Positions 9,138 to 18,100 of a stretch of 64,000 nt of DNA are shown piece after piece; the first letter of the stretch is position 1, and each line of letters opens with the position of its first letter. The position numbers were made by a program, and so were the translations under genes. The notes below the pieces were generated by a model. The model searched no databases. It saw only the letters and a program-made list of their open reading frames with translations, and was not told the DNA's origin. This stretch comes from Candidatus Babeliales bacterium (lineage in GTDB: Bacteria; Babelota; Babeliae; Babelales; JACPOV01): NCBI GenBank assembly GCA_050250855.1, contig JBFWNW010000001.1:160001-224000 (forward strand), given 5' to 3'.

Positions 9138-9965
9138 ATCGGTAATTTCTCGTGTAATTTTTGCTTGGCGTGTTTTATTATAATTGAGACGCATTGTTTG
9201 CAAAAGATTTTTTGCATTGCGTGTAGAATTATCCATTGCAACAAAACGGGCAGCTTGTTCGGCAATCAATGATTCAAAAAGAATGTCTTGAATTGAACAT
9301 TGCACTACTTTGTGTGCTAAAAAATCAAGAATTAGTTCTGGTTTTTGTTCCCAGTAATATTCTTCTTTAAGCCCAGACTGTTGCTGATTTTCTTGAAAAT
9401 CAAAGGGAATTAAGTTGACTTTGTGTGGTTTTTGTAAAAAAAATGTCTTGGGATAATTATAGAAAATGGTTACAGAGGTAAAAGGAGTATGAGCATGCCA
9501 AATAAGGTCAGAAATTTTTTGGGCAATAGTAAGAAGTTTTCCCTGAGAAAAATCGGGAAATGTCATGCTGATAGTTCCTTTATGAAACTGTTCATTATCA
9601 ACCATTTTTTTACCAACCAGAATGGTATGTACATTTTCGTAAGAGATTAGCTCTAGTTCGTGCTCTATAAAAGAAAAGAGCATGTTATTAAAACTACCAC
9701 AAAGCCCTTTTTGAGAGCCGATAAGGATAATGAGTGGTTTGGTATCCGAGGACTTTTTTTCTAGTATGTGGTGGTGCCAGGTTTGATGAGACTGTTTTAT
9801 TGAAGTAAACATGTCTACTAATGCATTTTTATAAAAATCAAGATTACCTTTTTTTGTTCGCAAGCGAGCATGAAGGGACATAGATATAAGACGCATAGCA
9901 TGCGTTACTTTTTTAATAGTTTCAATTGCTTTTATGCGTTGGCGCATTGCTACAAGTTCAGACAT
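9102..9965 (-). CDS. atpG: F1 ATP synthase gamma subunit (orphan)
   Basis: RIKAIETIKKVTHAMRLIS, KGLCGSFN, EQAARFVAMDNSTRNA, YNKTRQAKITREI. Confidence 0.93.
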   Translation of the reverse strand: MSELVAMRQRIKAIETIKKVTHAMRLISMSLHARLRTKKGNLDFYKNALVDMFTSIKQSHQTWHHHILEKKSSDTKPLIILIGSQKGLCGSFNNMLFSFIEHELELISYENVHTILVGKKMVDNEQFHKGTISMTFPDFSQGKLLTIAQKISDLIWHAHTPFTSVTIFYNYPKTFFLQKPHKVNLIPFDFQENQQQSGLKEEYYWEQKPELILDFLAHKVVQCSIQDILFESLIAEQAARFVAMDNSTRNAKNLLQTMRLNYNKTRQAKITREITDLVASFQENLGS

Positions 9966-10099
9966 AAGCTAGTTCCTTTGGTAAAGCACGATAATCCTAG
10001 TTCTTAAGGTAAACGGTCTTCATTTTTTTTGCAATTGCTTAAAGCTTTTTACATGATACAGTAAAGAGTAACTATTTTAATGCTAAACCAAAAAAAAGT

Positions 10100-10681
10100 A
10101 TGATTATTATTATTGATGCTTATAATCTTTTAAAAACCTTGTATCATAATACCGAACTTGATGAAAAAAGCGCCTATTATCAGGGTCTTTTAAAACAGTA
10201 TGCAAAAAAAAGAAAGAATACTTTGATACTGGTATATGATGGAGGATCGTCTCCTTGGCAAAGTTCTCATAAAGAAGGTGCTTTGACCATAATACATTCA
10301 GGGTTTCAAGAGACGGCTGATGATGTTATTATGCAGTATATTCAAGCTCATAAAGATAAGGATATTTTAGTAGTTAGTGCAGATCGTGAGATTGCCCAAA
10401 AAGCATATGAATGTAATATCGTCAGTATAGAGCCTTTTCTTTTTGATGCGTATGTACAGCAAGCAGTGAGCAATAAGACACCTGTACAAGAGGTGGCTAA
10501 AAATAGGGTAAAAAAATTAAGACCAGAAGAAACTCATGAGATTGATACGCTTATGGAGCAAGCTAGTGCGATTATTGAACGAAAGCATGATGAGCAAGGA
10601 GATAAAAGTAGATCTCAATCTTCAGGGTCTGTTCTTTCAAAAAGAGAACGAAAAATAAGAGCGCAATTAAAAAAGTTATAA
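10100..10681 (+). CDS. NYN/YacP-like PIN-fold ribonuclease
   Basis: IIDAYNL, VYDG, TADDVI, VVSADREI acidic motifs. Confidence 0.8.
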   Translation: MIIIIDAYNLLKTLYHNTELDEKSAYYQGLLKQYAKKRKNTLILVYDGGSSPWQSSHKEGALTIIHSGFQETADDVIMQYIQAHKDKDILVVSADREIAQKAYECNIVSIEPFLFDAYVQQAVSNKTPVQEVAKNRVKKLRPEETHEIDTLMEQASAIIERKHDEQGDKSRSQSSGSVLSKRERKIRAQLKKL

Positions 10682-10683
10682 CT

Positions 10684-11109
10684 ATGAAACATGAAATAAT
10701 AGTAGGACTAGAAAATATTCAATCTGTTGTTGAGCAGCTTTATAAACTCATGGATAGATGCAAAGTATTTACCTTTGAAGGCCCTTTAGGGGCAGGAAAA
10801 ACAACAATCATTCAACTGTTGCTAAAAAAATGTGGTGTTGATGAGGCTATAACAAGTCCTACATTTACCTATGTCAATGTATATGAAAATAATCGAAAAG
10901 AGCTATTCTATCATTTTGATCTTTATCGATTACACACTCTTGATGAGTTTTTTGCACAAGGATTTGATGAATTTTTGTATTTGGAAAACAGCTGGGCTTT
11001 TGTAGAGTGGCCAGAGATCATTTTTCCCCTTTTAAAAAAAGATGTTTGCAGAGTTACTATTGATTATGCAGAAAACAGCATGAGACTTGTTGTTTTGCAG
11101 GTTGACTAG
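10684..11109 (+). CDS. tsaE: t6A biosynthesis ATPase TsaE
   Basis: GPLGAGKTT, SPTF, YHFDLYRL, VEWP. Confidence 0.95.
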   Translation: MKHEIIVGLENIQSVVEQLYKLMDRCKVFTFEGPLGAGKTTIIQLLLKKCGVDEAITSPTFTYVNVYENNRKELFYHFDLYRLHTLDEFFAQGFDEFLYLENSWAFVEWPEIIFPLLKKDVCRVTIDYAENSMRLVVLQVD

Positions 11110-11194
11110 AGAAATTTGCATAAAAAATAGAAAAAATTTGCAATTCATGCCAAAATAACTATTATAATCAATACTTTTACTTGTATTTGAAATA

Positions 11195-11280
11195 GGCGAG
11201 ATTCCCGAGCGGTCAAAGGGGACGGACTGTAAATCCGTTGGTTTATACCTTCGCAGGTTCGAATCCTGCTCTCGCCACCA
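11195..11280 (+). tRNA. tRNA-Tyr(GTA)
   Basis: Cloverleaf with long variable arm, anticodon loop CTGTAAA, GTTCGAATC, encoded CCA. Confidence 0.97.
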
Positions 11281-11301
11281 TAAGTTTTTGATCAAGATAG
11301 G

Positions 11302-11377
11302 GCGGGAATAGCTCAATTGGTAGAGCGACAGCCTTCCAAGCTGTAGGTTGCGGGTTCGAGCCCCGTTTCCCGCTCCA
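11302..11377 (+). tRNA. tRNA-Gly(TCC)
   Basis: GCGGGAA/TTCCCGC acceptor stem, loop CTTCCAA, CCA. Confidence 0.97.
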
Positions 11378-11397
11378 GAAGTTTTTTAGAAAAAAAC

Positions 11398-11425
11398 TTG
11401 TAAAAGAGGTTTTATATGGTAAACT
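11398..11425 (+). promoter_or_regulatory. Putative sigma70 promoter for tRNA-Thr(TGT)
   Basis: TTGTAA-16 nt-TAAACT with TG extension. Confidence 0.45.
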
Positions 11426-11473
11426 TCTTCTCTGTGGTCAAAGCTTGATATTTATAAGAATTTAGAAAATTTT

Positions 11474-11549
11474 GCTGGCGTAGCTCAGTCGGTAGAGCAG
11501 CTGATTTGTAATCAGCAGGTCGCGGGTTCAAATCCTGCCGCCAGCTCCA
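11474..11549 (+). tRNA. tRNA-Thr(TGT)
   Basis: GCTGGCG/CGCCAGC acceptor stem, loop TTTGTAA, CCA. Confidence 0.97.
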
Positions 11550-11745
11550 TATTTTAGCTTTTTAAGTATATATCAAGGATTTTTCGGTAAAAGTGCATGA
11601 ATAACTGACTTTTTAGCTGTTAAAAAGTGATTTTTTCATAAACTCAGTATACTTTAAGCAAATCTTTAGTTATTTTATGAAAAATTAAGTTGTCAACTGC
11701 TATTTTTTTAATTAATCTATACTATACTGCGTTGTAGGTTTTTTG

Positions 11746-11821
11746 GCCCACGTAGCTCAGTTGGTAGAGCACTTCCTTGGTAAGGGAGAGGTCGCCGGTT
11801 CAAGTCCGGTCGCGGGCTCCA
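11746..11821 (+). tRNA. tRNA-Thr(GGT)
   Basis: Loop TTGGTAA, GTTCAAGTC, CCA; one A-C mismatch in acceptor stem. Confidence 0.95.
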
Positions 11822-11855
11822 GGAAGTACGTTGGTTCGAGCATCGAAAGAAGTTT

Positions 11856-12017
11856 ATGGCAAAAAAGAAAAAAACTATCACTCGCTTGAGTTGCGAAGAT
11901 TGCAAAGAGCGTAATTATTCCCAGGTTGTTTCTGGTAAACGAACTGTCGGATCTTTAAAATTAAGCAAGTATTGCTTCCGTTGCAGAAAGCATACGGCGC
12001 ATAAAGAGACTAAATAG
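11856..12017 (+). CDS. rpmG: 50S ribosomal protein L33 (Zn-binding type); absent from ORF track
   Basis: Manual translation MAKKKKTITRLSCEDCKERNY...KLSKYCFRCRKHTAHKETK*. Confidence 0.95.
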   Translation: MAKKKKTITRLSCEDCKERNYSQVVSGKRTVGSLKLSKYCFRCRKHTAHKETK

Positions 12018-12023
12018 GCCTAA

Positions 12024-12099
12024 AGGCCAGTAGCTCTAACGGTAGAGCGGCAGACTCCAAATCTGAAGGTTGGGGGTTCGAATCCCTCCTGGCCTGCCA
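12024..12099 (+). tRNA. tRNA-Trp(CCA)
   Basis: AGGCCAG/CTGGCCT stem, loop CTCCAAA, CCA; canonical position between rpmG and secE. Confidence 0.95.
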
Positions 12100-12152
12100 A
12101 AACAGTTGTTGGTATATGTTTTTCCCTTTATTGAGTAATTTGGTGACTCGTT

Positions 12153-12332
12153 ATGAAAGATGTAATTCGCTTTTTTTCTGAAGTAAAGCTTGAGCTAGGA
12201 AAAGTTGTTTGGCCAGACTTCAATGAGCTTGTAGGGTCTGTGATAATAGTTTTGCTTTTGGTTTGTGCTTTTTCCGTTTATTTAGGTGCAATAGATTTGT
12301 TTTTTTATAGGATAGCCGAACGTATTTTTTAG
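12153..12332 (+). CDS. secE: Preprotein translocase SecE; absent from ORF track
   Basis: MKDVIRFFSEVKLELGKVVWP plus single TM, 59 aa, directly upstream of nusG. Confidence 0.93.
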   Translation: MKDVIRFFSEVKLELGKVVWPDFNELVGSVIIVLLLVCAFSVYLGAIDLFFYRIAERIF

Positions 12333-12383
12333 GGGTACACTGCGCATGATAGCTTCAATAAAAATAATATACAGGATACATTC

Positions 12384-12908
12384 ATGAAGCGCTGGTATGT
12401 TGTTCAGATTTATGCTGGCTATGAAGAAGCAATTAAAAAGGATCTTGAACGAGAAGTAGCTGAAAGAGGATTAAAAGATTTTTTTGGCGAGGTTCTTATT
12501 CCTTCCGCTAAAGCAAAGCAAGGTTTTCAGCTTATTGAACAAGATAAAGTTGACCAGCAGCTTTTTCCTGGATATATTCTCATTGAAATGGATGCTGTTC
12601 CTGAAGCTATCAAGCTTGTTCAGTCAGCGCCACGAGTTTTGAAATTTTTAGGCGGTAAAAACCCAGTTCCTCTTTCAAAGAAAGAGGTTGAGCGAATTGT
12701 TGCTCAAATGAAGGGTGAAGTTGCTATTGCGCCTAAGAAGAGTGATTTTGTTGAAGGAAGCGAGATTGAAATAACAGAAGGTCCATTTGCTGGATTCGTC
12801 GGTGTTATCGATAAAATAGAAGATGAGAGTGAGCGTTTGGTCGTTATGGTTAGTATTTTTGGACGCATGACGCCTATTGAATTGGGTTTTAATCAAGTTA
12901 AACGATAA
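12384..12908 (+). CDS. nusG: Transcription factor NusG
   Basis: WYVVQ, LFPGYILI, KOW motif GPFAGFVG, IFGRMTP. Confidence 0.97.
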   Translation: MKRWYVVQIYAGYEEAIKKDLEREVAERGLKDFFGEVLIPSAKAKQGFQLIEQDKVDQQLFPGYILIEMDAVPEAIKLVQSAPRVLKFLGGKNPVPLSKKEVERIVAQMKGEVAIAPKKSDFVEGSEIEITEGPFAGFVGVIDKIEDESERLVVMVSIFGRMTPIELGFNQVKR

Positions 12909-12928
12909 TAATTTAGTTGGGTTATTCT

Positions 12929-13351
12929 ATGGCAAAGCCAATAAAAGCTAAAGTTAAGTTACAGTTGCCTGCGGGTGCTGCTACCCCTGCGCCACCTGTT
13001 GGTTCAGCTCTTGGGCCGCATGGTATCAATATGATGGAGTTTTGCAAGCAATTTAATGCTCAAACTGCTGACAAAAAAGGACAAACGATTCCTGTTTTAG
13101 TTACTATACATCAGGATCGTTCTTTTTCTTTTGTGACAAAAACACCTCCTACTGCAGAGCTTATAAAAAAGAAAATTAATATTGCAAAAGGTTCTTCAAA
13201 GCCTAGCCTTGAAAAAGCAGGTAAGCTTTCTTGGCGTGATGTTGAAGAAATTGCTGCTATAAAATTGCCAGATCTTAATGCAGTTGGCATTGATGAGGCA
13301 AAAAAAATTGTAGCAGGAACTGCGCGTAGTATGGGAATCGAAGTCGAATAA
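12929..13351 (+). CDS. rplK: 50S ribosomal protein L11
   Basis: ATPAPPVGSALG, FCKQFNA, GTARSMG; ATG start chosen. Confidence 0.97.
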   Translation: MAKPIKAKVKLQLPAGAATPAPPVGSALGPHGINMMEFCKQFNAQTADKKGQTIPVLVTIHQDRSFSFVTKTPPTAELIKKKINIAKGSSKPSLEKAGKLSWRDVEEIAAIKLPDLNAVGIDEAKKIVAGTARSMGIEVE

Positions 13352-13372
13352 GATGAGTTTAGGGTTATAACT

Positions 13373-14065
13373 ATGGCAAAGCAAGGAAAGCACTATCGTG
13401 CAGCAAAAGAAAAAGTTGAAAAGAAGTCTTTTCCGTTGGTAGAAGCATTAAAACAGGTTAAGGAATTAGCTTTTGCAAAATTTGATGAATCTGTTGATGC
13501 TAATGTCAATTTGGGTATTGATGCAAGTAAGGGAGAGCAAGTTGTTCGCGGTTCAATTATTTTGCCTCATAGCTTTGGAAAAAAAGTAAAAGTTATTGTT
13601 TTTGCTAAAGGCGATTATGCAGAACAAGCAAAAGAGGCAGGCGCTGATGAAATAGGTGCTGATGATCTTATTGATAAAATCGAAGGCGGATGGCTTGATT
13701 TTGATGTTGCTGTTTCAACTCCTGATATGATGGGTAAAGTTGGTAAGTTAGCTAAGCTTCTCGGTCCAAAAGGATTGTTGCCAAATAAAAAATTGGGAAC
13801 AGTTACTTTTGATATAGGTCCGGTAGTGCGCGATCTTAAAAAAGGTCAAAAATTTTTCAAAAATGATAAAAGTGGCCTTGTTCATTTTACTATAGGTAAG
13901 GTGTCTTTTAGTCCTGAGCAACTTAAAGAAAATTTAGAATCATTTATGAAAGCTCTTGTCGCTTCAAGGCCTGCAACAGCTAAAGGTAAATTTATTAAAA
14001 AATTAACTCTTTCTTCTACTATGGGCGTTGGTTTTCACATTAACGCTGATGAAATAGTAGGGTAA
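13373..14065 (+). CDS. rplA: 50S ribosomal protein L1
   Basis: KFDESVD, LGPKGLLPN, STMG. Confidence 0.97.
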   Translation: MAKQGKHYRAAKEKVEKKSFPLVEALKQVKELAFAKFDESVDANVNLGIDASKGEQVVRGSIILPHSFGKKVKVIVFAKGDYAEQAKEAGADEIGADDLIDKIEGGWLDFDVAVSTPDMMGKVGKLAKLLGPKGLLPNKKLGTVTFDIGPVVRDLKKGQKFFKNDKSGLVHFTIGKVSFSPEQLKENLESFMKALVASRPATAKGKFIKKLTLSSTMGVGFHINADEIVG

Positions 14066-14080
14066 TAGGCGGGGAAAGCT

Positions 14081-14599
14081 ATGAATCGTCAAGAAAAAAA
14101 ACAAATGATAGATACACTGAAGAATGACTTTGAAAAAAGCAATGCTTCATTTTTGGTGGGATATAAGGGATTGACTGTTTCTCAGTTGGCTGATCTGCGC
14201 AAGAAGTTACGACCAGAAGGTGCTTCTTTGCATGTTGCAAAAGTAACCTTGATGAGACGTGCCATTGCAGATATTCCAGTTTCTAATGAGTTAAGTTCTC
14301 TGTTAGGAGGACAAATTGCTGTTGTTTTTGCGCAAAAGGAAGTTCCTTCTGTTGCAAAAGTTTTATCTGATTTTACTAAGGAGACGGAAACGTTTTCTTT
14401 GATTGGCGGATATTTTGAATCTTCAGTTTTATCTCAAGATTCTATTAAACAACTTGCATCTTTGCCTTCTCGAGAAGTTCTATTGGCACAAGTTTGTGGT
14501 ACATTAAAAGCGCCAATTTCAAAATTTGCGCAAGTACTTAATACTATACTTGTTCGTCCATTAGTTGTTTTAAAAGAGATTGAAAAAAAGAAGTCATAA
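14081..14599 (+). CDS. rplJ: 50S ribosomal protein L10
   Basis: YKGLTVSQLADLRK, LASLPSREVLLA; synteny. Confidence 0.95.
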   Translation: MNRQEKKQMIDTLKNDFEKSNASFLVGYKGLTVSQLADLRKKLRPEGASLHVAKVTLMRRAIADIPVSNELSSLLGGQIAVVFAQKEVPSVAKVLSDFTKETETFSLIGGYFESSVLSQDSIKQLASLPSREVLLAQVCGTLKAPISKFAQVLNTILVRPLVVLKEIEKKKS

Positions 14600-14696
14600 A
14601 ATTCGTTGATTAATAAAGATGATGCTATTAACGAGGTTTATGGTAATAGTTATACGTATGGATATATGTTCATTTTAATAGCGAATGGGGAATGCT

Positions 14697-15083
14697 ATGT
14701 CAGCTAAATCGCATGAAAAATTAATTGAAGAAATTGGCAATATGTCAGTTCTAGAGCTTTCAGATCTAGTAAAAGCTTTAGAAGAAAAGTTTGATGTAAA
14801 AGCTACTATGTCTATGGCAGCAGCTCCTGCAGCAGCGGCAGCAGCGCCTGCAGCAGCTCAGGCTGAAGAAAAAGCGGAATATAAAGTTACGCTTAAAGAT
14901 GCTGGTTCAGACAAGATGAAAGTAATTAAACTTGTTAAACAATATTCAGGTCTTGGTCTTCAAGAATCTAAAGCGGCTGTTGATAACGCTCCATCAGTGA
15001 TCGTTGAAAAAGCTGCAAAAGATAAAGCAAATGAAATCAAGCAAAAACTTGAAGAAGTTGGTGCTAAAGTAGAATTAGCATAA
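14697..15083 (+). CDS. rplL: 50S ribosomal protein L7/L12
   Basis: SVLELSDLVKALEEKF, Ala-rich hinge, GLGLQESK, GAKVEL. Confidence 0.97.
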   Translation: MSAKSHEKLIEEIGNMSVLELSDLVKALEEKFDVKATMSMAAAPAAAAAAPAAAQAEEKAEYKVTLKDAGSDKMKVIKLVKQYSGLGLQESKAAVDNAPSVIVEKAAKDKANEIKQKLEEVGAKVELA

Positions 15084-15095
15084 ACAAAAATAACT

Positions 15096-15136
15096 GTCGT
15101 TCCATATAAAATTGTCTCTGTATGGAACGACTTTTT
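15096..15136 (+). terminator. Intrinsic terminator/attenuator between rplL and rpoB
   Basis: GTCGTTCCATA...TATGGAACGAC stem followed by a T run. Confidence 0.75.
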
Positions 15137-15187
15137 CATCTTTTTTTTAGGATAGGGGCTGATTGAAAATTCGGGAGGAGCGGCTGC

Positions 15188-18100
15188 ATGTCTGTTGGCA
15201 TGAATAAAGATATTGTACGTAAATCATTTGGGAACGTTAGGGATGTTGTTCCTGTTCCTGATTTAATTGCAATTCAATCAAAATCATTTAACGATTTTGC
15301 TCAACTTGATTGTTTACCTAATGAACGAGTATGTATGGGCCTTGAAAAGGTCCTTCGTGATATTTTTCCAATCGATTATGATAATAAAATGTCATTGGAA
15401 TATGTTAGTTATGAATTAGGCGATTGGGCATGTACGTGTGGGAAACTTAAAGGTATTGTAGATCGCTATACATGGACTTGTTTATCATGTAAAAAGTCTG
15501 ATTGTTCACGCCTTGACAGTAAATTAACCTGTACTTTTTGTAAAAAAAATACAGCTCGTTATAAGACATGTTCAAACTGCTTATCTCGAGTTTCAATTCA
15601 ATTGGTAATGGGGACTGAAGAATGTCGCTCAAGTGGACAAACTTTTTCTATGCCGTTGAGAATAAAAGTACAACTTATAGCTTGGAATGTTGATGAAGCG
15701 GGTAACAAAAATGTTCGCGAAATCAAAGAACAAGATATTTTCTTTGCAGATGTGCCAGTTATGGCAGATTTGTATGAAGAGAAGGGTGTTATTAAGCTAG
15801 GGGACAAAGGAACTTTCCTTATTAACGGTGTTGATAGGGTTGTGGTAAGTCAGTTACATAGATCTCCTGGCGTTGTATTTACTCAAAGCAAAAAGGTTAA
15901 AGACGTTCGAGGAAGACCATATTACTTAGCTCGCTTGATTCCTATGCGTGGCTCATGGTTAGACTTTGAGTTTGATAGTAATGACAATCTTTACGTTCGT
16001 ATAGATAAAAAGAAAAAGCTTTTAGTTACAACGTTCTTGCAAGCATTAGGGATTTCTCGCGACACCATTATAAAACAATTTTATTCTTTTGATCATATTG
16101 TTGTTAAAAATGGTGAATTTTTGCGTTCTGTCAATGAATCACTTATTGGCCAACGTCTAGAAAAAGGAATGATTCCTGATAACGTTGATCAATCTTTCTT
16201 GGGTAAAAGAGTTACTAAAGAAATCGTAGATGCATTGAAAAAAGCAAAAGTTGATTATGTTGTTCTTAAGCATGCTTCTATTGTGAATCGCGTGGTAGGT
16301 GCGGATGTAATTGATCCAGAAACTGGTGAAGTTATCATAGAACAAGGTCAATCGTTGCATGAAGAGAACCTTAATACGCTAAAAAAATTAAAATCAGTTG
16401 AATTAGATTTAATTAGTTCTTCAGGGTATGTTCTTCAACCTACAATTGCTTTAACGCTAACGCAAGACAAATGCTATTCAGAAGAAGATGCATTGAAGGA
16501 TCTTCATTCTAAAGTATGGCCTGGTGATAGTTCATCATTAAAAGAAATTAAAGAGCGTCTTGAGAATATGCTCTTTAGTAATAGATTATATGATTTGACT
16601 CGTGTTGGACGTATTCGTATTAATCGTAAATTAGGCCTTGATGTCTCAGAAGATATTCATGCGCTTACTCGTGAAGATATAGTAGAAACTATTCGTTACT
16701 TGGTTAATTTGCGAGAATTGGGTGAGGGTGAACTGGATGATATTGATCATCTAGGAAATCGTCGCGTTCGCCTTGTTGGTGAACTTCTCACGAACCAAAT
16801 TTATTTAGGATTCTTGCGCATAGAACGTATTGTTAAAGAACGCTTTAGAACACAAGAAATACACAGCGCCTTAATGCCCCAAGACTTTTTGAATATTAAG
16901 CCATTAAGTGCGGTTGTTCGTGAATTTTTTGGAACGGGACAACTTTCTCAGTTTATGGATCAAACAAATCCTCTTTCTGAGATTGCTCACAAGAGAAGAC
17001 TTTCTGCTCTCGGGCCCGGTGGTGTTCTTAAAGATCGTGCTACCTATGAAATTCGTGATGTACATACTTCTCACTATGGTCGTATTTGTCCGATTGAAAC
17101 ACCTGAGGGTCAAACTATCGGTTTGATTTCTTCTTTAGCTACTTATGCTATGGTAAACGATTTAGGTTTCATTGAAACTGCCTATCGCCCTGTGCATGAT
17201 GCTAAGATAAAGGAAGATGTTGTATTCTTAGATGCTTTCCAAGAAAGCCATAAGTATATAGCTCAGTTTGATGCAGCGCGACGGGATTCATCTACATTAA
17301 AAAATGATTTAGCTGTTGCTCGTCACGAAGGTAACTTTTTATATGTTGAGCCTGAAAAAGTTGATTATGTTGATTTATCACCAAAACAACTTGTTTCAGT
17401 ATCAACGGCTCTTATTCCTTTCCTTGAACACGATGATGCTACGCGTGCATTAATGGGTTCAAACATGCAACGACAAGCGGTGCCTTTGATAAAATGTAAG
17501 GCTCCTATTGTTGCTACTGGTATGGAAAAAGAGATTAGTAAATCTTCTGGTGCTGTATTGGTTGCAAAACGTCCTGGTCTTGTTGAGTATGTTTCTTCAG
17601 AGAAGATTATTATTCGTGTAGACCAAAGTGAATTTGATAATATAGAAGATTGGATTTCCCAAGGAATTGATACCTATAACCTGAGAAAATTCCAACGTTC
17701 AAGTTACAGTACATGGATTCATCATACACCAGCTGTAAATAGAGGCGATAGAGTTTCTGCTGGTACCATTTTAACGAATGGTGCTGCTATTGAATCTGGT
17801 GAATTGGCATTAGGCTCTAACTTATTAGTAGCATTTATGCCTTGGCATGGATATAACTTTGAGGATGCTATTGTGCTGAGTAAGCGCTTAGTAGCTGAAG
17901 ATGTTATGACTTCTGTACATATTGATGAATACGTTGTTGATGCGCGTGATACTAAGTTGGGGCCTGAGGAAATAACAAAGGATGTTCCTAACGTTAGTGA
18001 AGCTGCGCTGTCAAGCTTAGATGATGACGGTATTGTTTACGTTGGAACTCGCGTAAAGCCTGGAGATATTTTAGTTGGTAAAGTAACCCTTAAAGGTGAT

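Noticed and set aside
11032..11905. Minus-strand ORFs 11032..11316 and 11717..11905 (also 23279..23734)
   Set aside because: Antisense shadows of tRNA genes or rpoC
16930..17025. Possible rifampicin-resistance substitutions in RpoB cluster I
   Set aside because: Key residues (Q, D, H, S of SQFMDQ...HKRRLS) are canonical
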